Below, piece by piece: positions 35,123-47,378 of a DNA stretch of 64,000 nt. The stretch is from Nymphon striatum (Eukaryota), in the NCBI GenBank assembly GCA_016618385.1, contig JABFOP010000357.1:351545-415544 (forward strand), given 5' to 3'. The notes under the pieces were generated by a model. That model was given only the letters and a program-made list of their open reading frames with translations, was not told where the DNA came from and made no database searches. The translations under genes were made by a program, and so were the position numbers. Position 1 is the first letter of the stretch; the number at the start of each line of letters is the position of its first letter.

Positions 35123-36549
35123 CCATAAAAAGTAAGCCAAACTTCAACAACTGAAATTTAATTTTACAAACGAATTTTAAAACTTTAAATATATTTTAAT
35201 AATAATATTTTTTGAATGTAAAATGTGCACATACTTACTTTTTAATTTTAATGACTTTCGGCTTTTATTTCCCGTTCAAAAAAGCAGATGATATTATGAT
35301 TGAAAACAAAAATAAAAAGTTGTAATTTATATAAAAATGACGTTTAGTAAAGAAAAATCTTCACATGATAAAAGGTTTACAGGAATCCAAGAACTACAGC
35401 AGCCGTCAATTTTACGAGAATTTCCGGAAAAACATTGGACCAGAAGGGGATTTTATAAAGTGCTCATAAAAATTAGGGTAACAGGATCAGTCGACCGCGT
35501 CATTGATAGTGGCAGACGAAGGTCATCGTGCACTGAATAAAACTTCAGCCTTGTTGGAGATCTTATTCTGAATCAAGAGGATGCTCCGAATACTCATAGG
35601 TCAACACGTCAACTATCCAGGGAAATCGGAATTCATCGGTCCAGTGTTGTTCGAATAATTCATAAAGATTTTCAACTCAAGTGCCTTAAGTAGAAGCTAG
35701 TATATGAATTGACAGAAGTTAATCGGCTAACACATTTGAACAGATCAAGACAACTGTTTAGAAAATATCCTCGTCATATGGTTGAGTTCATCTTTTTTAT
35801 TGACAAGAAGTTGTTCACCGTTGCACGACCAAGTAACACGCAGAATGATTGCCTGTATGTCACGCGTGGCACTAAGAACAGACAGGTTGCTTCAAACCGA
35901 CTTTTGCGTACGTTTACCCATTTCAGCAAGTCTATCATAATTATGGTTTCGATGCTTGGTCGTTCACATTTAGTCTTCATTGATCCTGGAGTAAAAGTCA
36001 ACGGCGCCTATTATCGCGACGTTCTGCTGTCACAATATTTTCTACCTGTTATCAGAAATCTGGCCCCCGAAGGTTTTTTGTTTTTCAACAGGGCAATGCG
36101 CCTTTCCACAGAGCCAGAGAAACCATCAAAATGCTAACAAGAGAGATACCAGACTTCATTCCTCCCACATTATGGCCTCCCAACAGTCCAGATTTGAATC
36201 CTGTCGATTATAAAATGTGGAGCGTGATGCAAGAGCGAGTCTTCCAGACAGCAATCCATGATGTGAACTGTCTCAAGCAATGCTTGTTGGAAGTGTGGGC
36301 GGCTCTGGATCAGAAGATTATCGACAATGCTGTTGCCCAATGGCGGCAGCGCCTCCAGGCTTGCTTGCAAGCAGAAGGAGGACATTTTGAACATCTGCTT
36401 TAATTAAATAATCAAACCACATTACTGGGAAATTTCTTCCCAAAAATATTAAAGACTATTTTCATGTAAAAGGTACTTTGTTACAATATCTAAAAAAAAT
36501 GTTTCTAAAATTAAATTTCAGTAGTTGAAGTTTGGTTTACTTTTTATTG
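35123..36549 (+). mobile_element. Degenerate Tc1/mariner-like DNA transposon in MVP intron 12
   Basis: It has about 50-nt inverted termini (…aaattaaatttcagtWgttgaagtttggYttactttttat…). A frameshifted transposase reads HTH-like …GRRRSS…, a DDE core …FQQGNAPFHRARETI… and …WPPNSPDLNPVDYKMW… (ORFs 35337-35540, 35709-36137, 36131-36403). Confidence 0.8.
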
Positions 36550-36675
36550 AACTACGGTGTATGTCTTATGTATGAGTTGCAGATTTAATAAGAATGGAAA
36601 GAAGTTTATTCAAAATATTTTCAATATTTTTGATATTTTTTTCATCCTACCATTGTTTCATTTTTTACACCATAG

Positions 36676-36819
36676 GTTAAAATGCTTCAAGGACTTGGTT
36701 TAAGCTCCACACTCATCACAGATGGACAGACACCAATAAATCTATTTACGACAGCTCATGGACTCATTGGATCTGCTATTGGAGAGGCTTCTCCTAGCAA
36801 GGTACCACGCAAAGTTTAA
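36676..36819 (+). CDS. MVP: MVP terminal coding exon ([47 protein letters not shown])
   Basis: It has acceptor acaccatag| and a TAA stop at 36817-36819. It matches human '[32 protein letters not shown]'. Confidence 0.9.
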   Translation, partial: VKMLQGLGLSSTLITDGQTPINLFTTAHGLIGSAIGEASPSKVPRKV

Positions 36820-37083
36820 GACTAGAAATAATTATTAGACATTTTGTTCAATGGTACAGAGGCAAGGTATAACTTTACACTTGATATTTCCTGGTAGCTT
36901 CCCTCCATGTTATATGTGAAAAGAATATTTCTCTGATCTCACTGTTTGTTGTATAGACACCCGTATATTGTTTTACCCTTGTAAACTAATCTTTATTATG
37001 CTATGACTTGTGTAGTATTTGTGCTCAGAAATGCATGTGAAATATTCTTCTTTGTTCAACTGGTGTGAACAAAGAGAAACAGG

Positions 37084-37386
37084 TTAAACCATTCTGCCAC
37101 AAACTGTACGAGTTGTTAGAATAAACAAGACATGAAACTGTAATTTGCAGCACCCATGTGAATGAAAATTGTTACGAATGCCATCAGAACAGAAATGGAA
37201 ATGAAAAGCATTAACAGAGTGACTTTCATAAATTTTAGGTTGCCAAAGAGTAGATGCCAATTCCAGCATTCGTGTAATTTGTTCATTCCCGCCATATGAC
37301 CCGCCAACTCTTGTGATGTCACCTCTTGTCAAGAGGTCGATGAGCTTATCCAACACACGGAAGCGGTCCGACACATATGAAGCCAT
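37084..37386 (-). other. Unassigned 100-aa ORF next to an A-run (MASYVSDRFRVLDKLIDLLTRGDITRVGGSYGGNEQITRMLE…)
   Basis: It is an ATG-initiated ORF just past an A13 run on the minus strand. The first half is non-repetitive. I recognise no family, and it may be spurious. Confidence 0.15.
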
Positions 37387-38299
37387 GATTACAGCGTCCT
37401 TTTTTTTTTTTTGCCGCTCAGATGGCAGGTCAATTCAAAAATTTATTATAATAAAACCTAACATATATAATAATTATAATACAATTTTTGCTTTGTTCAT
37501 CTCTTGTGACATTACAGGCAGAAACGACGATTGGAGCAAATGTTTTTGGCTCGAAATTCTAAATAATGTAATGTTCGGATATTTGTTTGTTTTTCTTTGT
37601 ATTTTTGAGGAGTTCATTCGGAATTCAATAAAAGCGAATACAGTAACCTATACGGTACATATTTCTTAAGACTAAGTTGTATTTCAGGTGTCATATACAC
37701 TTTAAATATGCAATAACATGAACTGTCTTCACTCAAAAATTTCATTGAATGAATTTGCAATTGTTTTAAATCTAACCAGAAAATTACTATGAACAAATAT
37801 ATATAAATAGATAAATTCTATATGCATGCTGCTCAATTATAGATTTTAGTAATCAGCAAATGTTTTGAAATCAGCTTGAGTGAATGAATTGATCACTTTT
37901 TCAAATTTCTGCATATAATATATATATCTTGCTATAATTTTCAGAAAAGCAAAAAAAAATGTCTATTTACAACTAATTTTTGATTACATGTCCAATTTTC
38001 ATCGATATTAAACTGGATTTGAACATTGAAAGTTTATTTTAAAATCTGTATACACATTGATGGAAAGTCCTATATGCATAAACATTCCCGTCATAACCTC
38101 TGTTCCTTTTAAAATTTTGCCTCTGTGCCTTAACTTGTTGCCTTCCATGTTTTCATTGTCATTTTATGCATTAGGTAAAACGTGCTAGCATGTGAAAATT
38201 TCTTTTTTCAATAGTTTCAATTTCTGTGCAATTCCATCAGTATAAAAACAAAAAGTTAAATATTGTTCATGAATTCTGAAACTTGCCTTAATTTGTTAA

Positions 38300-38740
38300 A
38301 GAATAGTTAAAAAGTGGGGGAATGTACACTTTTGTTTGCTCATTTTAATTCCTCATCTCCTCAAAGTCGATTCCACACTTTAATACTCCCTAAAAATATA
38401 ACCTAACAAAATTATATCATAATTATAATAAAACCTAACCTAACTATATAATAATTATAATACAACTAGGTGAAGTTCAGTTAGGTTTATAATAATAATA
38501 ATAAAACCTAACGCAACAAAATTATATCATAATTGTAATAAAACCTAACTTAACCTATATTTGATTCATCTTCCAATTTCGTGTAATTACTCGTAATAAA
38601 ATTTCCGTGTTAAACTACCGAGCGGCAAACATTTTGAGGGAATACCAAAGTGAAGAATCGACTTTCAAGCGATGAGGAATTAAAATGAGCATACGAAAGT
38701 GTAGATTCGCCAAAAAGTGTTATGTGAAATTTATAACCCT
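38300..38740. mobile_element. Foldback-type element (family F), copy 1
   Basis: It has inverted termini …ctcattttaattcctcatctcctcaaagtcgattc…/…gaatcgactttcaagcgatgaggaattaaaatgag…. They enclose (aacctaac)-rich short repeats. Confidence 0.6.
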
Positions 38741-41550
38741 TTGTTCATGAAACTCTAAAATGTTCCCTCTTGGGAGATGTTCACATAAAATATTCAATTC
38801 ATTTACTTCAATCTGTAGAAGTATTTTTAAATTATTTGTCATCCTGCAGCTTAGAACATGTTTTATTTCCTGTATTATGCTAATAATATTAATGAAAAAA
38901 AAAAAGAAGTTGTCCTTGTTTGCATGGTTTCCACTTCATAGTTTCATTATGTGTCAAACCTAATTGTTTTCTAAAACAAACACTAAACTAAAGGAGTTCA
39001 AATTAATTAATCTTTCAATTTTGGCATATTTTTGGTTTCTGGTGTATTTGGAACGTCTGAAACGGGGAAAAATGACCGCCATGGGCTAAGATGGTCCAAA
39101 GTTAATGTTTTAAATTGTCAATATTGTTTTTCGTAGGTGCTTGTTTTAGATTTTATACAGTTATACCATATTAATAACATATTAACCATAGTGAACGAAT
39201 AAACATGACTTGCGTTCAGTATATTATTATGAAAGGGCTGTGCATATATTTCTGCTTTCTTACACCCTTTATTGGATGAAAGTGGCTGGAAGATGAATCT
39301 GTGGGGTGGCCTGATTGACTAACACACAGATTAATGCTTAGAAACATGTCATTTATTTGAGGAATTGATAGGAATTAACGAAAAAATTACAAAGACAAGG
39401 TGATGCACACTTGACTGCTGGTTGTAGATTCCTTTCTGCTGTTAAAAGAAATGGTTCAGGTTTTATACACAATAGTCGGATTGAAGGGGACCAATGAGAA
39501 GGTAGTAGTGATATTCAATGCTAATTAGCAGACTCTGGGGGTGGACTACTGGATGTATTTGTGAGAGCGAATGTTTTAATGCAGCAGGTAAAATGTTGAA
39601 GGTTGCTACAAATCTATCTTTTGATATCTTTTTCAACTGTCACTAAATTTTTTATTTTACCTCTCAAGAATTATCTCTTTTAATTTTAAGCATTTTAAGC
39701 ATATTGCATTTTATAAAAAAAAATTTATTAAAAAATCCAACTTTTTTTTTACAGTAACCTGATGGAAGCTGGTCTTGCACACACAACACTTGTTAGAAAA
39801 TCAAATATTTTTCTTTCACCATTAGTAATTTTGTTTTAAAATTTGAAATTGTAATTTGAAAAAAAAAATGAAAATGCGATGTTGTATATGAAGAGTTGAG
39901 ATGTTAAAACCATGAAACGCCATTCCCATAAAAATTGAGATTACGGTACCAATTGTTAGCTCAGAGTTCCACCTATATGCCAATCAAATGAAATGTGTAG
40001 AAAAGCTGATGAAGTACTTCTATAAATGGCCTGATATCAGTTTTGTGGCAAAAACCACGATTCGTCATTGCAAAAGCCTCAAAATACACATTCTGCCAAT
40101 CAGAATGTTGCACAGAAGTCATGTGATTCCTAGATAACAGCCTCAATGATCAGCTGTCCATGGATCTGAAACATGTTATTTTCCCTGATTTCCTGGATAT
40201 TTCTTCTGATTACAATACAGAACTTTGATGACACTGATATTATATTAAGATATATTAAGAAGGAAAAAACCGCTACGTAATAACCACACAATTCTGCTCT
40301 TGCTGTGGCTAAAAGAACCAATCATAGTGGTGATGGAAAGGTACATCACATATTATGTACACACAAGCCTGGAACTTGTACAGCAATAACACTGACGAAA
40401 CATGTTTGGCTTGTATTTAAAGACTGCTGTATGCCACTTCAGATAAGTTTTGGTCATGCCAAAAGTGACTCAGTAAAAAATAATTCCGTTCAAAATGAAA
40501 GATGTAGCTCTAGTAGACTTTGTGGGTTTTACATTCTAACTCTTCATATTTTTTACATAATATAATTTTTATTTATTTACATTGAATCTGTCTTTGTTTA
40601 TTTCGTTATTATTTCATATCATCAGAGAAGAGTACAATTTATTTGATTTGGGGAAGGGTAGGATGGAAAATATTACATTGCAGATGATAAATTCTTTATA
40701 ATTCAAAATAATCCTTGATCCTTAAAAATAATCCTTAATCCTTGACCGCCCCAGCAAGGGACATGAATAATAAATATCTTTAATAAATCTCTATCACACA
40801 ACTTTGGCTTTATTCAGTTAATATGGGGATTCTGTAAATATAATATGGAGACACGTGACATAATTATCAACTTTTTTTTTTTTTTTTTTTCCTATCCAGG
40901 CTAAATTCTCTTTTTCATTTGAGTGGGCCCTCTCTCCTCCAAGTTCATTGAGTTAGTATCTGGAATTATCTTAATCAAAACATTCGAACTTAAGCTCCTT
41001 CTGCTTTGCCCAGGGGCCTATAATGCCCCCCCTCCTTCCCAATTTTGTTAATGTGTGAGTGGTTGTGTAGCTTCACTGCATGCGAGAAGACTGTCGCTGC
41101 CAAGAAATTATCATCTGAGAAAACTTCAGTTTCCAGTTTTTCGAAACTTTAAGTGATGTCAAAAGATAGAGCTTGGAAAAATGCTCTACAGAAACATTCG
41201 AGAAAGTCATAGATCGTAATGCGCTTTTCAGGGTGACTAAGGTTCAATTCATCCACTGCTTTCTTGTAGTGGCGCTTGAGTGACCCATATACTGTCACGT
41301 CTAGTGGCTGCAGTTTGTAGAATTTATTGGGAGGGAATGTAATAAAGGACAGTCTAATTGGCCTTGCAATTTCAATTATGTCAATACTAAGGTGGCTGTC
41401 ATCATTGTCAATGAAAAGAATAACAGGGTTTATCATAGAACAATCTATCTGTTTTATAAAGTGCTCGAGGACACGGGGAAATAGTTTGCTATTCATTCAA
41501 CCACCCAAGGATGGTGGAGCACCTTTAATCATATAGTAGCTTTAATCAGC

Positions 41551-41625
41551 GTAGCGCTCCGTAGTCTAACAGTAAAGTGTCTGCCTTCTGACTTACAAGC
41601 TCGGGTTCGATTCCAGTCGGAGATA
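41551..41625 (+). tRNA. tRNA-like sequence (degenerate), adjacent to the pogo transposase fragment
   Basis: It has a B-box GGGTTCGATTCC and a 5'/3' pairing GCTCCG…CGGAGA. The T-stem is imperfect, so it is probably a pseudogene or SINE-like. Confidence 0.3.
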
Positions 41626-41699
41626 CTTATTTTATTATTTTTATTTTTTCTATCCCTTAATTAACAGTTCCTTTTATCTTCTTCCCTCTGAACATTACA

Positions 41700-42240
41700 A
41701 GCCATAAGGTTTAAAAAATGTGTATTTTGTAAGTTCTTTTTATGTCCGACCGTCCACCATCCTATCTTGGGAACCGTTAAAGATAAACGGACAAAACAAA
41801 AACTGATTTACTTAATACTATCAAGTGCATTAAAATAAGAAAATAATAAAGGTCAAATTACGATTATTTGGTATTTTTCACTGACGTATATCATAAATCC
41901 ATTTAAGATAGCAACACAAGACCAAACCTGATTTCCTTGGAATATCAAGGGCTTCAAAATAAAGCAATGACCATGACCTTCAAATAGCAGGTCAAATTTC
42001 AATTATTTTTTTTTTTTAGTATTTTTCACTGATTTATAATAGGATCGGTTAAAAGTAGCAACAATAACTGTAACATACTTCCTCATGAACATTGAAATTA
42101 TGTTCGTTTTTCAGTCCATCGACCATGCTATCTTATGAACCGTTAAAGATAAAAGGACGAAACAAAAACTGATTTACTTGGTACATCAAGAGCATGAAAA
42201 TTACACCATTATCTTGACCTTGACCACTGGATTTGGAGTG
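41700..42240. repeat. Tandem repeat of ~190-bp units (~2.7 copies) inside the pogo-like remnant
   Basis: The unit …ccgttaaagataaa(c/a)ggac(a/g)aaacaaaaactgatttacttRRtacWatcaagRgcatKaaaat… is repeated with about 85% identity. Confidence 0.6.
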
Positions 42241-44147
42241 AATTGTTTTGTATATTTTGTTGGGCTTGGCGACCCATCGATATCTTTAAGGCTCATTCGG
42301 AGTCATCTTCTATTTTCTTATTTAGACTTTTAGAAGGGTTGAAGGAAGAACAGAATATAGACAGAAGCTACACAACCACTCACATGATAACATTAAGGGC
42401 TACAAGTTTCAAAAGTTTAATGAAATTGGAGAAGGAAACTACGTCACGATAGCTAAAAGACTTCCCTCCGCTGAAATACTTGATCTATATAGAAACTCTA
42501 TAGGAAAACCAAATAGCAGTTTATAAAAAGCTGAGAGTAACACAGCTATGAGAAACATGTGACGTCATTTTGTCAGAAGAAAAGATATAAAGTTGCGAGA
42601 AACGTTATTTAACTCTTTTTTTGTATCAATTTTGGCAATTTCATTTGCTTTCTCTATTTGTCCGAGCAACGCCGGGCAACCCTGCTAGTAATACATATAG
42701 CAGAAATTTACTTGGGTGGTCAAAGATATAAAAATAGCTGTAAAATCTTAAGCCAATGGATTACTTCTAATTACTCCAGTGGTTATTCCACTTCTTGCCA
42801 CCAGAGGATTATACATTGGAGGCATCAAGAAACGGGAACGTGTAGAAAGGGAAAAAGTGGGGTGGTTCTTGGTTATGATTTGAGAAACGGAACTTGCTCT
42901 CTATGTCTATAATTTCTTAGAGGAATCTCCAATCAATTGGATTGATATCAGTCACAGACAGGTCAGGGATCATCCGAGAGGGCGATTCGGGCGATAACTT
43001 CGCCTTGAGTTGATTGACTTCGATATTTAATTACATCAGGGCGAAATCGACTTCGCTTTTTTAAAAAAAATACATAAAAAAAAAGAAAATTTTTTTAGAA
43101 AATACAACATTTTCATTTCATTTGAACCACAATTAATACACTGAGCGCAAAGAGTAGATATTAAAGTACTGGTATATCTCCAAGTTGTTTTTACATACTG
43201 TAATGAGTGCACATTAGACAAGATAATGTTGAAGAAATTTGCATTGCGAACACCCACTTCTCCGTTAAGTTGCTTCACTTCTCCCTAAAATTTGACCCTA
43301 GGATGAGCCCTGCAGGTGCTATTTTTTTTTTAATAAAAAACTAAATCAGTATCCCATGTCAAATTCTACACCTTTCTGGAAAACCCCCTAAGAATTAAAA
43401 AAATAAATAAATAAACATTCTTATTAATAAAACAATATTTATTTAAGTTAATTAATTAATGACTTCAGAGTATGTATGATATTTACAATAAGAAACTTAT
43501 ATCAAAATCATAACTTCAGTTGAAACAAATCGGTAAAATGCCCAAGTTACAGATCTCATTAATTCATTCATTACAGCTGGAATTCACAACTTGAGCCACA
43601 GTTGGCTTGATTGATATATGATATACTTATGCTGAATTGCTGAACCACAAGTGCAGTAAGAAAAGAAAATTAACATTGGCACATAAATTTGATTTTTTGA
43701 GCACCACTGAGAATTCTGTTTTCATCACTTTATGACAAGTTAATTTTTTATTCTCTAGAAAGTTCTATTTAAAACCCTGTTTGTCTAAAATAAAGTGAAG
43801 ACCACAAAAATTGCCGCTTTTCTTTTACTGTTGAAAAGGAATTTTGAATTACAAATTTGAAATAAAATCATAATCATCAATTTTGCTCATGTTAGTTCTA
43901 TTCTAGTTAATGCGATAATTGTTTGTAGCCATTAAAATGACAACTTCACTTTAAATATAAACGACTAAAATAAATTATTATTTGGTTATTTACATTACAC
44001 ATATCATGATATTTAAGGCTAAAAAATCTATTCGGTGATTTGGAGCAACTGCTATTTGTTAAACCTTAACATGATTGGCAGTCAAAATTTAACAGTAAAA
44101 AGTTTCTTGGTAATCTCTAATCTGAAATTATTCTATCCAAAATAATC

Positions 44148-44545
44148 AGGCGAATCTACACTTTCGTATGGTCATTTTAATTCCTCTTCTCCTCAAAGTC
44201 GATTCTTCACTTTCGTACTCCTTCAAAATTTTTGCCGCTCGGTAGTTTAACACGGACATTTATTACGCGTAATTTCACGAAATTGGAGGATGAATCAAAA
44301 TATAGGTTAAGTTAGGTTTATTATAATTATGATATAATTTTGTCTGGTTAGGTTTTCTTATTATTATTATAAAACCTAACTGAACCTAACCTAATTGTAT
44401 TATAATTCTTATATAGTTAGGTTAGGTTAAATTATAATTATGATATAAATTTGTTAGGTCATATTTTTAGGAAGTATTAAAGTGTAGAATCGACTTTGAG
44501 GCGATGAGGAATTAAAATGAGCATACGAAAGTGTAGATTCCCCGA
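44148..44545. mobile_element. Foldback-type element (family F), copy 2, opposite orientation to copy 1
   Basis: It has the same terminal repeats and ttaggttaggtt-rich core as 38300-38740. Confidence 0.6.
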
Positions 44546-44649
44546 TAATCATACAGAGATAATCACATCCATTCGATAGAAATCTTCAGTTATTTAACTG
44601 AAACCAGGGATTAAAACTTTGCCTTTTAATTTTTTTTTTTTTTATCGAT

Positions 44650-45450
44650 ATTAATTGAATTTTCACAGGGATCTCCTACTAACAGGAATTTTGTGGAGAA
44701 AAAGCATTCTTTATAGAGTGCCAAAGTGTGACGTCACGTTGCAGGCCTGGACCACAACAAATTTTCAGCCCTTCTATTTTCTCATAAGAGATTCTTACTT
44801 GATTTTTCTTTCGTTATTTCCACCAAAATTTCGCACAGTTTTGTTATGTTGAATACGAAAATGTGTCATTTTATTGCTTTTTCATTCGTTGTTAGCCTCG
44901 CAAACTTCAAATAGCTAATTAAGTAGGCCGAGAGACCGGCTATATTAGTACATACACAAATGGGTCAGTGTTTCGCACCTGACTGACATAAAATCACATA
45001 AGACATTTTACAGAAATAAGAACATAACATTTTTCTATAGAATACTAATTAACCACAATGAAAAAACATTGTAATTAATCATAAATGAGAACAAAAATAT
45101 CTGCAGTCAGGAGCAAAACACTGACCCATACTTGCCGAGAGACCGGCTACATACTAGCCGGTCTCTCGGCCTACTTAATTAGCTATTTGAAGTTTGCGAG
45201 GCAAACAATGAATGAAAAAGAAATAAAATGACATATTTTCGTATTCAACATAATAAAACATAAACGTTAACCAACAAAACTGCGAAATTTCGGTGGCAAT
45301 AACGAAAGAAAGATCAAGTAAGTATCTCTTATGAGAAAACAGCAAGGCTGAAAATGTGTTGTGTTCCAGGCCTGTCAACGTGACGTCCGCACTTTGCCGC
45401 TCTATTACAATCATTTCTCTTTCAACAAAGCCTTTATTATCACAACTGAA
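44650..45450. repeat. Large palindrome: ~300-bp inverted arms (~90% identity) around a ~170-bp spacer
   Basis: The arm 44690-44960 (…gtgtgacgtcacgttgcaggcctggaccacaacaaattttcagcc…) is the reverse complement of 45130-45420. The ORFs here are artefacts. Confidence 0.75.
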
Positions 45451-46449
45451 ATTATTCATTCATACTCTGAATAACATGAACAATCTAGTTAATGACTAAA
45501 GCAAGAACACGTTAAAATTCATAAGAGTAAACTTGTGCCATCAAATCCATACTACTACACTGAAGAGAAACATCAGAATTCAGTATTTTACTGCTGTAGG
45601 TGTCCATATATAAATATTCTGGCTTTGGAATTCAATGAAGATGTTATTCAAAGTAATAATTGGCTTCCTTTGATTTTTAAAAAAAGACACATCATATTTC
45701 TAATATTAAAGGATGTGTGGTTCTTAAAATCACTGGTGTAAAATTATTAATATGTGTAATGAATTGTTTCTGAATGAAAAAATTAGAAAAAATAACATTG
45801 ATATGGGAGTATTAAAAGGTACAAGGAACTTATTTAACCAAGAAAGAATATAGCCAAAAACAATGTCATTAATGGAAATTATAATTTATCAATCTCATCG
45901 CTAAACTTTAATAAATGTAAATTTAGGCATACTGAAATTCTCGACTCAACAATTGAATCTTGAATTTCAGTTTGTTATTAAAATTTGAAATAAAACTGTA
46001 TTCAAATGCTGCGTTGAGATTGATATTTGAATTTGTACATATCATATTAGTCAAGATGTTATTTAAGATATAAAAATAACAAAATTTTCAAAATAGAAAT
46101 GATATAAATGCAAGGAATTGGTCAATTTTTAAAGAGTATATGCATTTATAGAGAAACTATAAACCAACATAAAATTCTTGGGTAGAAGAAAGATTCTTAT
46201 ATCAAATAAACTGAAAATTTTGAAGTGAATATGACTATATGACTATATACACCATTCTGATTTATTATCATCTTTTTTTTTTCTTGTTCATTTTTTTTTT
46301 CTGTTTTTTTTTTTTTCACTTTCTAATATAAAGCTAATAACACAGATTAAAACAGTTTGTACAATTATTTTTTGGAAAAAAAAAAAAATTATCACAGCAC
46401 TTGATTTTTTAAATTTAAAACTATGTACAAACATTATTCTTTGAGTTCA

Positions 46450-46581
46450 TCAGGACTTTTTCGGTGGCAGGAAAAAATTTGAAGAACTGGAATCAAAATT
46501 TTTCTTGGAATTGTTCATGGTGACACTACAAACATCACGAACAATCATTTCAGCAACCTGCCATGCTACATCCTCATCTTT
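46450..46581 (-). CDS. AKAP10: AKAP10 terminal coding exon (KDEDVAWQVAEMIVRDVCSVTMNNSKKNFDSSSSNFFLPPKKS*)
   Basis: It has acceptor ttttttag| and a TGA stop at 46450-46452. It matches the human PKA-binding helix region 'EAQEELAWKIAKMIVSDIMQQAQ'. Confidence 0.8.
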   Translation of the reverse strand, partial: KDEDVAWQVAEMIVRDVCSVTMNNSKKNFDSSSSNFFLPPKKS

Positions 46582-46649
46582 CTAAAAAATAAAATAAAAA
46601 AGTTCATAAATTAAAATTTTAAGGTTGAAGCAAAATTACATCACTGATA

Positions 46650-47090
46650 TTTTCATTAAAGAGACCCTAAGGTACTTTTAGACTTGAAGTTATTTTATGT
46701 AAAAAAATAGCTGATTTTAAAATTATTTTTTCACACCGAAAACACGATTTTTATATCAATTATTACGTTGGTCAGATGACGTTACTTGTCTCAGTCGAGA
46801 AAGTTTCTTGTAGCCTACAGTGTAGGACATCGTTCGATCTGTCAAAACAACAAATTAAACAACAGAAGGATGGCTTTGCCCTTTCAATTTAAGCCTGAAT
46901 TTACTGAAAATGAAAACACAGATAGATTAAATGATTCAGAAGAAGATGAATCTGAAGATGAAGAAATTAACTGAGGTAGATTAACGGAAGAAGTTTCATC
47001 GTGGTGCACATGTGGCCGCTGTGAAAATATGGACACAGAAGAAATGTGCGATGTTATAAAAAGTTTGGATCCTTTTCGCATTTAACAAGA
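46650..47090 (+). mobile_element. Partial family-C MITE arm plus adjoining ORF with an in-frame stop (…DSEEDESEDEEIN*GRLTEEVSSWCTCGRCENMDTEEMCDVIKSLD…)
   Basis: 46650-46760 matches one arm of the 17262-17598 MITE. It is followed by an acidic tract and a Cys-rich segment interrupted by TGA. It is probably a decayed transposon ORF. Confidence 0.3.
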
Positions 47091-47325
47091 GGTAAGGGAG
47101 TTATCATTATTTATTTGTATTTAGTAAGTAACTTTAATATAATAATTTGGCGATTCTACACTATTGTGTTCCCTGTACATGAGTGAAATTAAAATTTTAA
47201 AATTCTGTTTAACTTCACATGAGGTCTATAGCCAACACATAATCAAAATTCAGTTTAAGTTATCTTTGAGAACAAGAGAAACGTAAAAAAAATTATTTAA
47301 ACAATATTTAAAAATCAAAACCTAC

Positions 47326-47378
47326 TTCATGTTGATCCTTATTAACAAATCTTTTCACAGCTTTCGAAATTTTTGATT
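47326..47378 (-). CDS. AKAP10: AKAP10 exon (-ESKISKAVKRFVNKDQHE)
   Basis: It has acceptor ttatttcag| and donor |gtaggt. It matches human 'SKGSMFSQAMKKWVQGNTDE'. The phase chains correctly to the flanking exons. Confidence 0.7.

Larger units (their letters stand above)
41040..42410 (-). mobile_element. pogo/Tigger-like DNA transposon remnant with TIRs
   Basis: It has TIRs ttaatgtgtgagtggttgtgtagct (41040) and agctacacaaccactcacatgataacattaagg (42376). The ORF at 41149-41496 (-) reads …ILFIDNDDSHLS…FPPNKFYKLQPLDVTVYGSLKRHYKKAV…, the DDE_1 signature of pogo transposases. Confidence 0.7.

Noticed and set aside
40130-40565. ORFs of 63 and 86 aa between the foldback copies
   Set aside because: There are no splice signals, no homology and the composition is typical of random AT-rich sequence. 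They are probably chance ORFs.
38400-44440. ttaggttaggtt / aacctaacctaac telomere-like units
   Set aside because: There are only 2-3 tandem units embedded in foldback-element cores. This is not an interstitial telomeric array.
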